A DNA stretch of 64,000 nucleotides from Chryseotalea sanaruensis. GTDB taxonomy: Bacteria > Bacteroidota > Bacteroidia > Cytophagales > Cyclobacteriaceae. The stretch covers positions 177,402 to 241,401 of the forward strand of contig NZ_BHXQ01000001.1 of assembly GCF_003990915.1 (NCBI RefSeq), read 5' to 3'. The notes under the pieces were generated by a model. It was not told the DNA's origin and did not search any database. It saw nothing but the letters and a program-made list of their open reading frames with translations. A program made the translations under genes and the position numbers. Shown here piece after piece: positions 48,489 to 58,730 of the stretch (positions are counted from its first letter, which is position 1; every line of letters begins with the position of its first letter).

Positions 48489-48845
48489 ATGGAGTTGATC
48501 GTTTATGGTATCAAAAGTTGTGATACAATTAAGAAGACTTTAACCTGGTTAGAGAAGAAGAAAATACCGTATGTCTTTCACGATTATAAAAAGGAAGGCA
48601 TTACAGAAACCAAGTTAAAAAACTGGACTAAGCAAATAGGGTGGGAGCCTTTGGTGAATAAGAAAGGGACTACCTGGAAAAACTTACCTGAAGCAACGCA
48701 GAAGAAAGTAACGAATGAGAAAGCAGCTATCGCTGTAATGAAAGATGCTACCAGTATGATTAGACGCCCAGTAATAGAAGCTGATGGAAAAGTGTTGACA
48801 CTAGGTTTTGATGAAACAGTTTACAAGGACCTATTCGATAAATAA
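48489..48845 (+). CDS. ArsC/Spx-family protein (YffB-like thioredoxin-fold)
   Basis: 'LIVYGIKSCDTIKKTLTWLEKKKIPYVFHDYKKEGI' matches the N-terminal CxxT/S pattern of the ArsC/Spx family. Confidence 0.7.
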   Translation: MELIVYGIKSCDTIKKTLTWLEKKKIPYVFHDYKKEGITETKLKNWTKQIGWEPLVNKKGTTWKNLPEATQKKVTNEKAAIAVMKDATSMIRRPVIEADGKVLTLGFDETVYKDLFDK

Positions 48846-48848
48846 GGC

Positions 48849-49829
48849 TTAAGCAAACCCAAGCTTCTGTCGTACTCTCACTAAAACCTCCTGCGCAATT
48901 ACGCGTGCTTTTGCTTCGCCTTGTTCTAATTTTTTATTTAGCTCAGGCAAATTGCTCATGTAAAAATTGAAGGCTTCTCTTTCTTTGGCAAAATTGTTCA
49001 AGAGCAACTCAAACAATTCCTGTTTGGCATGCCCGTAACCATAATTGCCAGCTAAATATTTGTTGCGCATAGTCGCTGTTTGCTCGGCTGTTGCAACTAA
49101 GCTATAAATGGCAAACACATTATCTATATCCGGATTCTTCGGTGCTTCCATGGGTGTGCTGTCGGTTACGATCGACATCACTTGTTTACGTAATTCTTTT
49201 TCTGGTAAGAAAATATCGATGATGTTCCCGTATGATTTGCTCATCTTCTGGCCATCAGTGCCGGGAATGGTCATTACGCTCTCTTCAATTTTTGCTTCGG
49301 GTACTACAAAAGTATCACCATACTGACTGTTAAAAGCAGATGCCAGATCGCGCGCCATCTCAAGGTGTTGTTTCTGGTCTTTACCAACAGGCACTACGTT
49401 GGCATTGTAAAGTATGATGTCGGCCGTCATTAACACAGGGTAAGTAAACAAGCCTGCATTTACATCTGATAGCTTCTCAGATTTATCTTTAAAGGAGTGT
49501 GCATTCGCCAGCATAGGGAAGGGCGTCATGCAGTTTAGGTACCAGGTAAGTTCACAGACTTCACCAATACGTGATTGTCTGTATAGTAAATTTTTCTCGG
49601 TATCAAAACCAAAAGCTAACCAGGCTGCAGCCACCGCATTTACGTTGTTAATGCGTGTCTGAGCATCTTTAATAGTGGTTAAGGAGTGTAAATCTGCAAT
49701 GAAGAAGAAGGATTCATTACCAGCCTGCTGTGATAATTTAATGGCGGGAATAATTGCGCCAAGAAGATTACCCAAATGAGGACGACCACTGCTCTGTATG
49801 CCTGTTAAAATTCTTGCCATAAGTTGCAA
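48849..49829 (-). CDS. trpS: Tryptophanyl-tRNA synthetase
   Basis: 'TGIQSSGRPHLGNLLGA' (HIGH region) and 'KMSKSYGN' (KMSKS). Confidence 0.9.
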   Translation of the reverse strand: MQLMARILTGIQSSGRPHLGNLLGAIIPAIKLSQQAGNESFFFIADLHSLTTIKDAQTRINNVNAVAAAWLAFGFDTEKNLLYRQSRIGEVCELTWYLNCMTPFPMLANAHSFKDKSEKLSDVNAGLFTYPVLMTADIILYNANVVPVGKDQKQHLEMARDLASAFNSQYGDTFVVPEAKIEESVMTIPGTDGQKMSKSYGNIIDIFLPEKELRKQVMSIVTDSTPMEAPKNPDIDNVFAIYSLVATAEQTATMRNKYLAGNYGYGHAKQELFELLLNNFAKEREAFNFYMSNLPELNKKLEQGEAKARVIAQEVLVRVRQKLGFA

Positions 49830-49901
49830 ATATAAAGGCTCTTATGCTGAAAATGAGTTACAATCGACTGTAATTTTTAAATTAAAACAGCGTTCTTTAC
49901 A

Positions 49902-51002
49902 GTGGGATTTTTAAGCAACAGCATGGACAAAAAGGTTTTATTGGTTTCTGTATTTTTATTGATAAACCTGGCATTGACGGCCCAGCGAAAAGACCTTTTG
50001 ACTTTTGAAGAAGCTGTTTTTGATTTTGGTCTTATAGAAGAAGCTAGGGGCCCTGTAACACATAATTTTCAGTTTCAAAATACGAGCGAGAGGCCTGTAA
50101 AAATATTGGCCGTGAAACCATCTTGTGGTTGCACTACACCAGACTGGACAAAAGAAGTAATAGCACCGGGAGGAAAAGGTTTTGTAGCGGCTAAGTACGA
50201 TCCTAAATCTCGCCCGGGACATTTTAATAAGACACTAACCATAACAACTGACGGAGGTGGAGATGCGCATGTACTAACCGTTAAAGGAAATGTAGTATTA
50301 GAAAATTACTATAGTCCTTTTCGTGAAGCAAAGGGTAATTGGAAGCTGATCAGCACAGGCTTTAATATGGGTAAAGTTTTTCTTAAGGATGAGTATACAT
50401 GGAAGGAATTCGAAGTGGTTAATGGGGGAGATGCTCCTATTGTTATTACCGGGGAGCCAATTGTTCCAACCCATACAAAAGCAGAACTGTCTTTTTCAAC
50501 ATTGAAACCTGGTGAGAAAGGCACGATACGTATTGGTTATAATGCAGGTAAAAGGAATGTATACGGATTTCAAAGCGATAATATTGAGTTTTTGACTGAC
50601 GATAAGGATATGCCTCGCAAATCTTTCTCTGTATATGCAACAATAGAAGAGTATTTTCCTGAACTATCAAAAGAAGAATTAAGCAAAGCACCGCGATTGC
50701 TATTGCCTCAGGAGATACTTGACTTTGGTAGATTTAGATCGGGTACCATTGTAGAGAAGCAAGTTATCTTCAGTAATAACGGTAAAAAGGATCTCCTGAT
50801 TCGATCTATTCAAAGCAATTGCCAATGTGTTGTAACTACGATGAATAAAATGAGCATCGCACCAGGTAAATCAGAGGTGATGACTATTAGATTTAACGGA
50901 GAACAACGCAAAGCAATACAACAGAAGTTTATAACTGTATACAGCAATGACCCTGCAAATCCAGTACAAAGGATTTCAATTACTGCTTACATAGAGAATT
51001 AG
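49902..51002 (+). CDS. DUF1573-family secreted protein (two Ig-like repeats, CxC motifs)
   Basis: Signal peptide. Repeated 'F.F.N.G..PL.I......CGCT' and '...NCQCVV' motifs typical of DUF1573. Confidence 0.55.
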   Translation: MGFLSNSMDKKVLLVSVFLLINLALTAQRKDLLTFEEAVFDFGLIEEARGPVTHNFQFQNTSERPVKILAVKPSCGCTTPDWTKEVIAPGGKGFVAAKYDPKSRPGHFNKTLTITTDGGGDAHVLTVKGNVVLENYYSPFREAKGNWKLISTGFNMGKVFLKDEYTWKEFEVVNGGDAPIVITGEPIVPTHTKAELSFSTLKPGEKGTIRIGYNAGKRNVYGFQSDNIEFLTDDKDMPRKSFSVYATIEEYFPELSKEELSKAPRLLLPQEILDFGRFRSGTIVEKQVIFSNNGKKDLLIRSIQSNCQCVVTTMNKMSIAPGKSEVMTIRFNGEQRKAIQQKFITVYSNDPANPVQRISITAYIEN

Positions 51003-51136
51003 TAGATATGCAGATTTGTTGATTAAAATTTTAAATCGTTGATGGGTGAAGGTTATTAGTTGTTCGGGTATTGCAATAAACCTTCAACGCTAGAAACTGC
51101 ATTGCATAAGCCTTGGTGTTTAGCCTACTTCACTTC

Positions 51137-52174
51137 TTAGGTTACCCAATGAAGCGTTTGTGCTTTAACAGGATTTACAAATTCTGTTTTATTCTGTTGC
51201 GATAAATCCCATTGTCTTTTTAATTCATGGTACCAACGTGCCTGCATATCAGGCTCTCCCAAGAGCATGAGTGTTGGTTTTGTTTCCAAGCCTCTTTTCA
51301 ACTTATTGAATACACCTAAATCCTGATGGATGAACTGTTTACCCAAATAGCGTAAAGGCCACCAGATGTATTTTACAATAGGAATGGTGGTGAAGAAAAT
51401 ATGATTAAGTTCTGTTGCGTTTTCGTTGATAGGTGTGAGACAGGTAATGGAGACAATTTCGTGTTTACCAACTTTAATATGCTCAAAGCGATTACCGGGA
51501 AGTTGAAAGTCAATTTCAGTTGAGCTCTCACCCAAAACACTATAACCTTTCGAGTTGGAGGAGGGCTTGTGTCTGACCATTTTAAAGCCCTTTTCAGAAG
51601 GTGCAAAGTCTTTCGTCTTGAGCTTAAGTTTTTTAGCTGAACGCCAATACCACGATTGATGCACAAAAGTAACGTGTGCCGGATCTATCAGACCAATAAC
51701 AGCATGGTCAATATCGGTTGGCATAGACACTTTTTCAACAAACATAAATTGCTTGTCATTAGGAATCAGTAAGTCAGGAACGCTCATTTCAGCGCCTTGT
51801 AATTGTAATTTGTTTTGCGGAATATAAATCCAGATAGTGCCGTTAATTTCTTTACATGGATATTCAAATACCTTGATCTTCTTAGTATCAAATTCTTTGT
51901 CTGCCAATGCCGGTATGTTTAAGCAATTACCAGAGCAATCAAACTCCCAACCGTGGTAACAGCATTGAATGCGATTGTCTTTATACCAACCTTCTGAAAG
52001 CGGTACACCGCGGTGCGGACAATTATCGCGCAACGCAAAAGCTTCACCCTTTTCATTTCTTCCAAAAGCGATACGTTCACCAGCTATTTCTTTAGCAGTT
52101 AACTTACCTGCTTTTAAGAAAGAACCATGCATGGCAAAGTACCAGAGATTTTTTAGGATAAGTGATTGTGTCAT
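51137..52174 (-). CDS. Rieske [2Fe-2S] non-heme iron oxygenase (PaO/KshA-like alpha subunit)
   Basis: Rieske ligands 'CPHRGVPLSEG...CCYHGWEF'. The C-terminal catalytic domain has conserved His/Asp. Confidence 0.75.
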   Translation of the reverse strand: MTQSLILKNLWYFAMHGSFLKAGKLTAKEIAGERIAFGRNEKGEAFALRDNCPHRGVPLSEGWYKDNRIQCCYHGWEFDCSGNCLNIPALADKEFDTKKIKVFEYPCKEINGTIWIYIPQNKLQLQGAEMSVPDLLIPNDKQFMFVEKVSMPTDIDHAVIGLIDPAHVTFVHQSWYWRSAKKLKLKTKDFAPSEKGFKMVRHKPSSNSKGYSVLGESSTEIDFQLPGNRFEHIKVGKHEIVSITCLTPINENATELNHIFFTTIPIVKYIWWPLRYLGKQFIHQDLGVFNKLKRGLETKPTLMLLGEPDMQARWYHELKRQWDLSQQNKTEFVNPVKAQTLHWVT

Positions 52175-52240
52175 ATTAGCAATTGTTCCAAAAATACGGA
52201 TTTAGTGCTTAAGCTGATCAGGAATTCTAGCCAAAACAAA

Positions 52241-53266
52241 TCAGACAACCCCAAAACGATAAATGATTTTCTGATCATATATATGACCTGGTTCTAAAAT
52301 GACAGAGGGGAAAGCAGGTTGGTTTACGGCATCGGGAAAATGCTGAGGCTCAAGACAAAATGCAGTGCGTCTTTTATAGGTTCTACCACTTTGACCTGTT
52401 TCAGTACCATCCATAAAATTACCCGTATAGAATTGCATACAGGGTGCGTTGCTAAATACCTCAAGTGTCCTGCCACTTAATAGTTCTTCAACCTTTGCTG
52501 CTTTGCTTAGCGCCTCACCATTGTTGGTTATTACAAAGTTATGATCGTAACCTTGACCATATCGTATTTGCTCATGATTAGATTCTATATTTTCGCCAAT
52601 GCGTTTGGCTTTTGTGAAATCAAATGGGCTGTTTGCCACGGATTTAATTTCTCCTTTAGGAATCTGGTATTGATCTAAAGGTGTGTAGTGATCGGCACTG
52701 ATCATTAAGCTATGATCAAGGATATCGCCTTCACCTTCTCCAGCCAGGTTAAAGAAACAATGGTGCGTTAAATTAATGGGAGTCGGTTGGTCAGTAATTG
52801 CCTTTAGTTCAATGATGAAGTCATGATCTACTAATGTGTAGGTTACCTCGGTTTTTACGTTACCCGGATAGTTCTCTTCGCCATCTTTGCTTGTGTAGAC
52901 GAGCACTGCCTGATCTGGTTTTATGGATTTGATTTCCCACTCCTGATTATGAAAGCCTTTAGGCCCGCCATGTAAGTGATTCGGGCTATTGTTAATATCA
53001 AGGTTATAAGATTTACCATTCAAAGTAAATTTACCCTCACAGATTCGGTTAGCCACTCTTCCAATAATGGCTCCATAATAAGGATTGCCTTGCATTAAAT
53101 TCACGGGGCTCAATACTACATTTTCGTGCTTGCCGTTGCGGTCTGCACAAGTTATTGATGTGATCCGTCCTCCCAGTTTTACGAAGGATAATTTGATTTT
53201 ATTTGATTGGATATTAAAGGTTTCCATATGACTATCAATAAAAAAGCCCCTTTCGGGGCTTTTCAC
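52241..53266 (-). CDS. Aldose 1-epimerase (galactose mutarotase)
   Basis: 'NRICEGKFTLNGKSYNL...NHLHGG' and the 'HHCFFNLAG' catalytic His region. Confidence 0.8.
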   Translation of the reverse strand: MKSPERGFFIDSHMETFNIQSNKIKLSFVKLGGRITSITCADRNGKHENVVLSPVNLMQGNPYYGAIIGRVANRICEGKFTLNGKSYNLDINNSPNHLHGGPKGFHNQEWEIKSIKPDQAVLVYTSKDGEENYPGNVKTEVTYTLVDHDFIIELKAITDQPTPINLTHHCFFNLAGEGEGDILDHSLMISADHYTPLDQYQIPKGEIKSVANSPFDFTKAKRIGENIESNHEQIRYGQGYDHNFVITNNGEALSKAAKVEELLSGRTLEVFSNAPCMQFYTGNFMDGTETGQSGRTYKRRTAFCLEPQHFPDAVNQPAFPSVILEPGHIYDQKIIYRFGVV

Positions 53267-53270
53267 TTTT
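53238..53270. terminator. Bidirectional rho-independent terminator
   Basis: 'aaaaa-gcccc-tttc-ggggc-ttttcacttttt'. Confidence 0.7.
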
Positions 53271-53282
53271 TATATCTTTCAA

Positions 53283-53627
53283 TTATTCAGCTGAATCAGC
53301 AGGAGTAGGTTCAACCGGCACCGCATTTGAGTTAGGAATAGGTTGTTGTGCAGGTGCTTGTTCACCAGCTGCATCAAGTATTTCATTAGAACTTCTTATG
53401 CTTGGAGTAGTAAGGTTGGTTGATAACGCTAAAACCATAATTAAGGCTATTAATACCCAAGTCGCTTTTTCCAAAAAATCGCCAGTTTTTTTAACACCAA
53501 ACATGTTGCTGGCACCTGAACCACCAAATTGACTGGTAAGTCCACCACCTTTAGAATTTTGTGCTAAAACTACAACTACAAGTAAAAAAGCGAGGAAAAT
53601 GATGAAACCGATAATAAGTGTGTACAT
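53283..53627 (-). CDS. secG: Preprotein translocase subunit SecG
   Basis: Two TM helices. 'LAQNSKGGGLTSQFGGSGASNMFG' is the SecG signature. Confidence 0.8.
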   Translation of the reverse strand: MYTLIIGFIIFLAFLLVVVVLAQNSKGGGLTSQFGGSGASNMFGVKKTGDFLEKATWVLIALIMVLALSTNLTTPSIRSSNEILDAAGEQAPAQQPIPNSNAVPVEPTPADSAE

Positions 53628-53629
53628 GA

Positions 53630-54616
53630 CTATTGCTTAAGTTCTTCAATTTGAGCCGCAAAGTAAGCCTTTTTTTGTGGAAACTTCCAAATTAGCTTTT
53701 TAAGGACTTCTATGGCTTTCTCTTTTTTTCCTTGTCTTTTAAGTATATCCACCAGGGTTTCTGAGATTATTTGGTCTCCAAACTCCCCTTGTTTTAGAGA
53801 TACTAGATCTTCTGCCGGAGCCGAAGCTGCTCTGTCACGCATGCTACTGATGCTAGGCTGGGCTTTAATAAATTGATCTATGAGTTGAATTTGCTCTTTT
53901 TGCTTATTGTTTTCAGGTTTTAGCCTTCTTTTGCTAATTTCTATTTCATGAAGCAAGTCATCGTTTAGTGTTGCGCTTTTTAACACTATTTTTTTTTTTT
54001 CGAGGCTTGGTTTGGACTTTTTTTTAGCGCTAACCTTCCGTGAAGCCTTGGCTAACTTCTTGGGGCTGGCTTTAGTCTTCTTTACCGTTTTGGCTTTTTT
54101 AGGCTTAGTCTTTGAATTTGTTGACTTAGCCGCTTTTGTCTTAACCTTTTTAACAGCTTTGGCTGCAGCTCTTGTTTTACGTGCGATGGCGCTTACCTTT
54201 TTTGCTGAGGCTTTATCTGAAGCATCGTTGCGTTTAGTTTGCTCATCGTATAATAATTCAAAATTATGCTTCAATTCATGTAGTATCTCAAGGTCGTGTA
54301 CGACTTCTTCTGCATAGTCGTGATATTCAAGACTTTTAGTTGACACCTTAACAGCAGGGGTAGAAGATTCGGTATTGCTACTGATTTCCCCCGACATGAT
54401 TTGTTTTAACACGTGTCTGTCGGCACTATATACAGCCGCCATCTGTAATTCCTCTTTCTGTGTAGCCAAGTCATGATCTTTGCTTAGGCGTGCAGCGAGG
54501 GAACGTAAAAGCTGGCTATAGGGATATTCCTTCTCGAGTAAAAGAACCTGCTCAGCTTCCTTTTGAGTGCTTTTGGTGTAGCGATGAAGTAGTTCTTTAA
54601 ATTCGGTTTTAGTCAT
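53630..54616 (-). CDS. Hypothetical protein with central histone-H1-like Lys/Ala-rich segment and C-terminal TPR-like helix
   Basis: 'AKKVSAIARKTRAAAKAVKKVKTKAAKSTNSKTKPKKAKTVKKTKASPKKLAKASRKVSAKKKSKP' sits between helical N- and C-terminal domains. Confidence 0.5.
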   Translation of the reverse strand: MTKTEFKELLHRYTKSTQKEAEQVLLLEKEYPYSQLLRSLAARLSKDHDLATQKEELQMAAVYSADRHVLKQIMSGEISSNTESSTPAVKVSTKSLEYHDYAEEVVHDLEILHELKHNFELLYDEQTKRNDASDKASAKKVSAIARKTRAAAKAVKKVKTKAAKSTNSKTKPKKAKTVKKTKASPKKLAKASRKVSAKKKSKPSLEKKKIVLKSATLNDDLLHEIEISKRRLKPENNKQKEQIQLIDQFIKAQPSISSMRDRAASAPAEDLVSLKQGEFGDQIISETLVDILKRQGKKEKAIEVLKKLIWKFPQKKAYFAAQIEELKQ

Positions 54617-54656
54617 TCCCTAGGTTTCGGATCAGAGGTCTAAAATAGGGCAATTT

Positions 54657-55193
54657 TTACCAATTGGCAACGGAAGCTGTAAAGATATCCAGAATTATCT
54701 GGTCAAGTATCTTATTAATAACGGCTTCGCTAATGGCATCAGGAGAGATGTCATTGTCTACGTTTTCGTAAAATGAAAATGTTTTGTCGCGAAATGACAT
54801 GCTATCATCTGTATTATTAATGTAAGTAACTTTTACTGTGATACTTAGACGGCTAAGGGCGGCCGCGTCTCTTTCATTTGGATTAGCAGCTGCGGTTGGC
54901 GCCACGTCAACAATGCGAAAATCGGTAACAACACCTTCCATATGCAATTCTCCATTATCTGGCACAAAAGCCAGACTGGTGTTTTGCAACATGTAGTCTT
55001 TTAACTTGTTGGTAAAAGTCTGGCCTATATTGGCCGGCCCTAAATCGGTGTTATTATAAAATTCGCTTATAGAGATATTCTTAGCTGTAATTGTAACACC
55101 TGAAAAAGAGTAAACACCACATGAGGTAGTAATTATACTCAACAAGATTGTTAATACTATACTAAGTGGTTTTTTAAAAAAGGAATTGAACAT
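54657..55193 (-). CDS. LptE-like lipoprotein (hypothetical)
   Basis: The ORF extends to 55283. The probable start is 'MFNSFFKKPLSIVLTILLSIITTSCG' (lipobox). Its position matches the conserved Bacteroidota miaB / sigma-54 EBP / LptE / secG cluster. Confidence 0.45.
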   Translation of the reverse strand: MFNSFFKKPLSIVLTILLSIITTSCGVYSFSGVTITAKNISISEFYNNTDLGPANIGQTFTNKLKDYMLQNTSLAFVPDNGELHMEGVVTDFRIVDVAPTAAANPNERDAAALSRLSITVKVTYINNTDDSMSFRDKTFSFYENVDNDISPDAISEAVINKILDQIILDIFTASVANW

Positions 55194-55209
55194 GTGCCAA
55201 ATGGTTGAA

Positions 55210-56484
55210 TTACTCTTCAAGTTCGTATTGTTTAATTTTTCTATACAAAGTTCGTTCAGATATACCCAAATCGCGTGCCGCATATTTACGTCTGTTGTTG
55301 TTCTTGCGTAAAGCCCGCATAATCAACTCTTTTTCTTTCTTTTCAATAGAAAGATTGTCTTCTTCGGTTTCATGGGTGATGTCGTGAATTTCTTCATCAA
55401 CATCATCTGTGGTATTTGTATTTACGTTTCCGTTAACCGGATAATTCAACACTAATGGCTCACTGCCTGAAGCCGCTGATGAAGTATTCTCCTCTATACC
55501 ATCAAACAAATGTGAGTGCTCCTTAATAATTTGTCCGGCTTTTCCCTGGTTGTTGTACAGATCAAGCACTAATTTTTTCAGGTCAAGTACATCCTTCTTC
55601 ATATCAAAGAGTACTTTATACAATATGTCACGCTCTGAGAAATTCTCTTTGTCGGCACTATCCCTGTAAATTGCTGGCAGGCTACTTTCTCTTGGAATGT
55701 ATTGCAATAATTTTTCTGCATTAATATCCTTGTCATCTGTTGAGAGCACACTGATTTGTTCAACCAGGTTTTTCAACTGACGGATGTTACCAGGAAAACG
55801 ATATTTTAATAAAACCTCTTTAGCATCGGCCGTTAAGGTGATAGGCTTCACTTTATACTTTTCAGCGAAGTCACCTGCAAATTTTCTGAATAACAATTCT
55901 GTATCGCTGCCGCGTTCGCGCAATGGTGGAACATAAATAGGCACAGTGCTTAAGCGGTAATAAAGGTCTTCTCTGAATTTACCTTCTTCCACTTTGCGCA
56001 TGAGGTTTACGTTTGTCGCGGCAACTACACGCACATCTGTCTTCAATACTTTGGAAGATCCGACTTTAATAAATTCTCCATTTTCCAACACACGCAATAG
56101 ACGTGCTTGCGTGCCCAAAGGCATTTCGCCAATCTCATCCAGGAAAATGCTTCCACCATTGGTTACTTCAAAATAACCTTTGCGTGCTTCGTGTGCACCA
56201 GTAAACGACCCCTTTTCATGGCCAAATAATTCTGAGTCAATGGTTCCTTCCGGAATTGAACCGCAGTTAATGGCAATGAATTGACCATGCTTGCGTGCAC
56301 TCAGGTGATGAATGATTTTTGAAAACGATTCTTTTCCACTACCGCTTTCACCTGTAATCAATACAGACATATCGGTAGGCGCCACCTGCATGGCTACGCG
56401 TACAGCATTGTTAAGCAGTGTTGAATTACCAATAATGCTGAAACGTTGTTTTACACTTACTATTTCTGAATCTGTAATCGTCAT
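55210..56484 (-). CDS. Sigma-54-dependent transcriptional activator (AAA+ bEBP) lacking a receiver domain
   Basis: Walker A 'GESGSGKE', 'GSFTGA' (GAFTGA variant), 'ATN' arginine-finger region, C-terminal Fis-type HTH 'ARDLGISERTLYRKIKQY'. Only ~25 aa precede the AAA+ domain. Confidence 0.85.
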   Translation of the reverse strand: MTITDSEIVSVKQRFSIIGNSTLLNNAVRVAMQVAPTDMSVLITGESGSGKESFSKIIHHLSARKHGQFIAINCGSIPEGTIDSELFGHEKGSFTGAHEARKGYFEVTNGGSIFLDEIGEMPLGTQARLLRVLENGEFIKVGSSKVLKTDVRVVAATNVNLMRKVEEGKFREDLYYRLSTVPIYVPPLRERGSDTELLFRKFAGDFAEKYKVKPITLTADAKEVLLKYRFPGNIRQLKNLVEQISVLSTDDKDINAEKLLQYIPRESSLPAIYRDSADKENFSERDILYKVLFDMKKDVLDLKKLVLDLYNNQGKAGQIIKEHSHLFDGIEENTSSAASGSEPLVLNYPVNGNVNTNTTDDVDEEIHDITHETEEDNLSIEKKEKELIMRALRKNNNRRKYAARDLGISERTLYRKIKQYELEE

Positions 56485-56498
56485 TTTAAATTTATCTG

Positions 56499-57971
56499 TT
56501 AATTGTTAACAGCCTTATTTACGACCTCACCAATTAAGGTGCCGCCTGTACACTCTTTCACAAATACATCAACATACTCACCCTTTTCATGGTTTCCTTT
56601 GGGGAATACAATTACTTTATTGGTAGTAGTGCGGCCTTGTAAATCATTAGTTGAACGTTTTGAAAAACCTTCAATCAAAACAGTATAAACTTTCCCAACA
56701 TCTTTCAAATTGCTTTGAAGTGCGTGTGCGCGTTGCTTTTTGATTACCTCATCCAGTCTTCTGGTTTTTGTGGGTAAGTCAATGTCATCTTTATACTTCT
56801 TCTCAGCCAGTGTGCCCGGACGTTCCGAATAGTAAAACATGTAAGCAAAATCAAACTGTACAATGTCCATCAGCGAAAGCGTTTCCTGATGCTCTTCTTC
56901 AGTCTCAGTACAGAAACCGATAATCATGTCTGATGAAATGCCACAATCATCACCCAATATTTCTTTGATGCGCTGAATCTTGCCCAAGTACCACTCGCGT
57001 GTATAGCCACGGTTCATCATCTCTAAAATTCTGCTGCTGCCACTTTGAATAGGGAGATGTACGTACTTACAAATATTTTCGTATTTGGCTATGGTATATA
57101 GCACATCATCTGTTATGTCTTTAGGATGCGAGGTTGAAAAACGTACGCGCAAAGACGGACTTATCTGAGCCACCATTTCCAGGAGCATGGCAAAAGTAAC
57201 GGTGTTACTAATGCCTTTTTTCTCAAGCCACATCTTGTTGTTTTCTTCAGGGCTCCATTTGTAAGAGTCAACATTCTGCCCTAAAAGCGTTACCTCTTTA
57301 AAGCCTTTGTCGAATAAGTCTTGTGCTTCGGCTACAATGGATTGCGGATTTCTGCTGCGTTCTCTACCGCGCGTAAAGGGCACTACGCAGAAGGTACACA
57401 TGTTGTCGCAACCACGCATGATCGATACAAAGGCTGTAACACCGTTAGAGTTTAACCTAACAGGGCTGATATCTGCATAAGTTTCATCACGGGATAAGAA
57501 CGTATTTATGGCTTTTTGTCCTTCATCTACTTGTCCAATAAGTTTAGGCAGATCGCGGTAGGCATCTGGGCCAGCTACTAGGTCAACAATTTTCTCTTCT
57601 TCTAGAAACTTGGATTTCAGGCGCTCAGCCATACAGCCTAATACTCCGACCAATAATTCGGGCTTGTGTTTCTTTAAGCCATGAATGTGCATTAGACGAT
57701 GCCTTACTGTTTGCTCTGCCTTCTCGCGAATAGAACAGGTATTGAGGAAGATCAAATCGGCCTTTTCAATTTCTGATGTTGTGTCGAAGCCTTCATTGTG
57801 TAAAATGGACGCAACTATCTCACTATCTGAGAAGTTCATCTGACAACCATAGCTTTCTATATACAACTTGCGCCCCTTTCCTGTATTTTGGTCAGGTGTT
57901 GTTTTTACGGTTTCGCAAGCCTCTTCGCTGTTTTTATCAAGAATATCAAGGTTTGTAACTAAATTCTCCAT
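56499..57971 (-). CDS. miaB: tRNA-i6A37 methylthiotransferase MiaB (radical SAM)
   Basis: MTTase N-domain '[15 protein letters not shown]'. Radical-SAM '[12 protein letters not shown]'. C-terminal TRAM domain. Confidence 0.9.
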   Translation of the reverse strand: MENLVTNLDILDKNSEEACETVKTTPDQNTGKGRKLYIESYGCQMNFSDSEIVASILHNEGFDTTSEIEKADLIFLNTCSIREKAEQTVRHRLMHIHGLKKHKPELLVGVLGCMAERLKSKFLEEEKIVDLVAGPDAYRDLPKLIGQVDEGQKAINTFLSRDETYADISPVRLNSNGVTAFVSIMRGCDNMCTFCVVPFTRGRERSRNPQSIVAEAQDLFDKGFKEVTLLGQNVDSYKWSPEENNKMWLEKKGISNTVTFAMLLEMVAQISPSLRVRFSTSHPKDITDDVLYTIAKYENICKYVHLPIQSGSSRILEMMNRGYTREWYLGKIQRIKEILGDDCGISSDMIIGFCTETEEEHQETLSLMDIVQFDFAYMFYYSERPGTLAEKKYKDDIDLPTKTRRLDEVIKKQRAHALQSNLKDVGKVYTVLIEGFSKRSTNDLQGRTTTNKVIVFPKGNHEKGEYVDVFVKECTGGTLIGEVVNKAVNN

Positions 57972-58105
57972 GTCTTAACCCTTTCTAAGACGCAAAAATA
58001 AGGCTTTTATTGCATTATTTATGACAGATTGGCAGAATCCAATCCAAAATTATAAATTTTAAATTCCAAATTTGAAATTGGTCACATCCCTTCTTATCCT
58101 TAATC

Positions 58106-58651
58106 TTGAATTTATTAACCTTGAATTTAGAATCCTTTATGGCCATAATTAAATCAGTAAGAGGCTTTACGCCCAAATTCGGTAAAAACTGCTTTTTTGC
58201 TGACGGGGCTGTTATTGTAGGAGAAGTTACCATGGGAGACAATTGTACGGTTTGGTTTAATGCTGTAGTGAGGGGAGATGTTCATTCGATTACCATTGGC
58301 GATAACACTAATATTCAGGATGGCGCAGTAATTCACTGTACGTTTCAGAAAGCAAAAACTGTGATTGGTAGCAATGTTTCTATCGCGCATAAAGCTATTG
58401 CACACGGCTGTACCATTGAAGACAATGTCTTGGTTGGTATGGGCGCCATTATCATGGATGATGCGGTGATTGGTGAAGGCTCGGTGATTGCAGCGGGCGC
58501 CATTGTGCTGCCTAAAACCATTGTGGAGCCCGGCAGTATTTATGCAGGGATACCCGCCAAGCGTATTAAAGATGTAGGAGAGGAGATGAAGGAAGTGATT
58601 GCCAGAACAGCACGTAATTACCCTATGTATGCGGAGTGGTTTAAGGAATAG
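58106..58651 (+). CDS. Gamma-class carbonic anhydrase family / hexapeptide-repeat protein (YrdA/PaaY-like)
   Basis: Left-handed beta-helix hexapeptide repeats 'VWFNAVVRGDVHSITIGDNTNIQDGAVIH' with the conserved His triad. Confidence 0.8.
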   Translation: MNLLTLNLESFMAIIKSVRGFTPKFGKNCFFADGAVIVGEVTMGDNCTVWFNAVVRGDVHSITIGDNTNIQDGAVIHCTFQKAKTVIGSNVSIAHKAIAHGCTIEDNVLVGMGAIIMDDAVIGEGSVIAAGAIVLPKTIVEPGSIYAGIPAKRIKDVGEEMKEVIARTARNYPMYAEWFKE

Positions 58652-58730
58652 TAAAAATTTAAAAAAATGATATTCAATTTGCTTTGATTTAATACTGGTT
58701 TGTATTACATTATTTTACTATTTAGAGGAT

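Noticed and set aside
54012-54317. 101 aa + strand ORF
   Set aside because: It is antisense to the Lys/Ala-rich segment of 53630-54616 and consists of pure Leu/Ala/Phe repeats.
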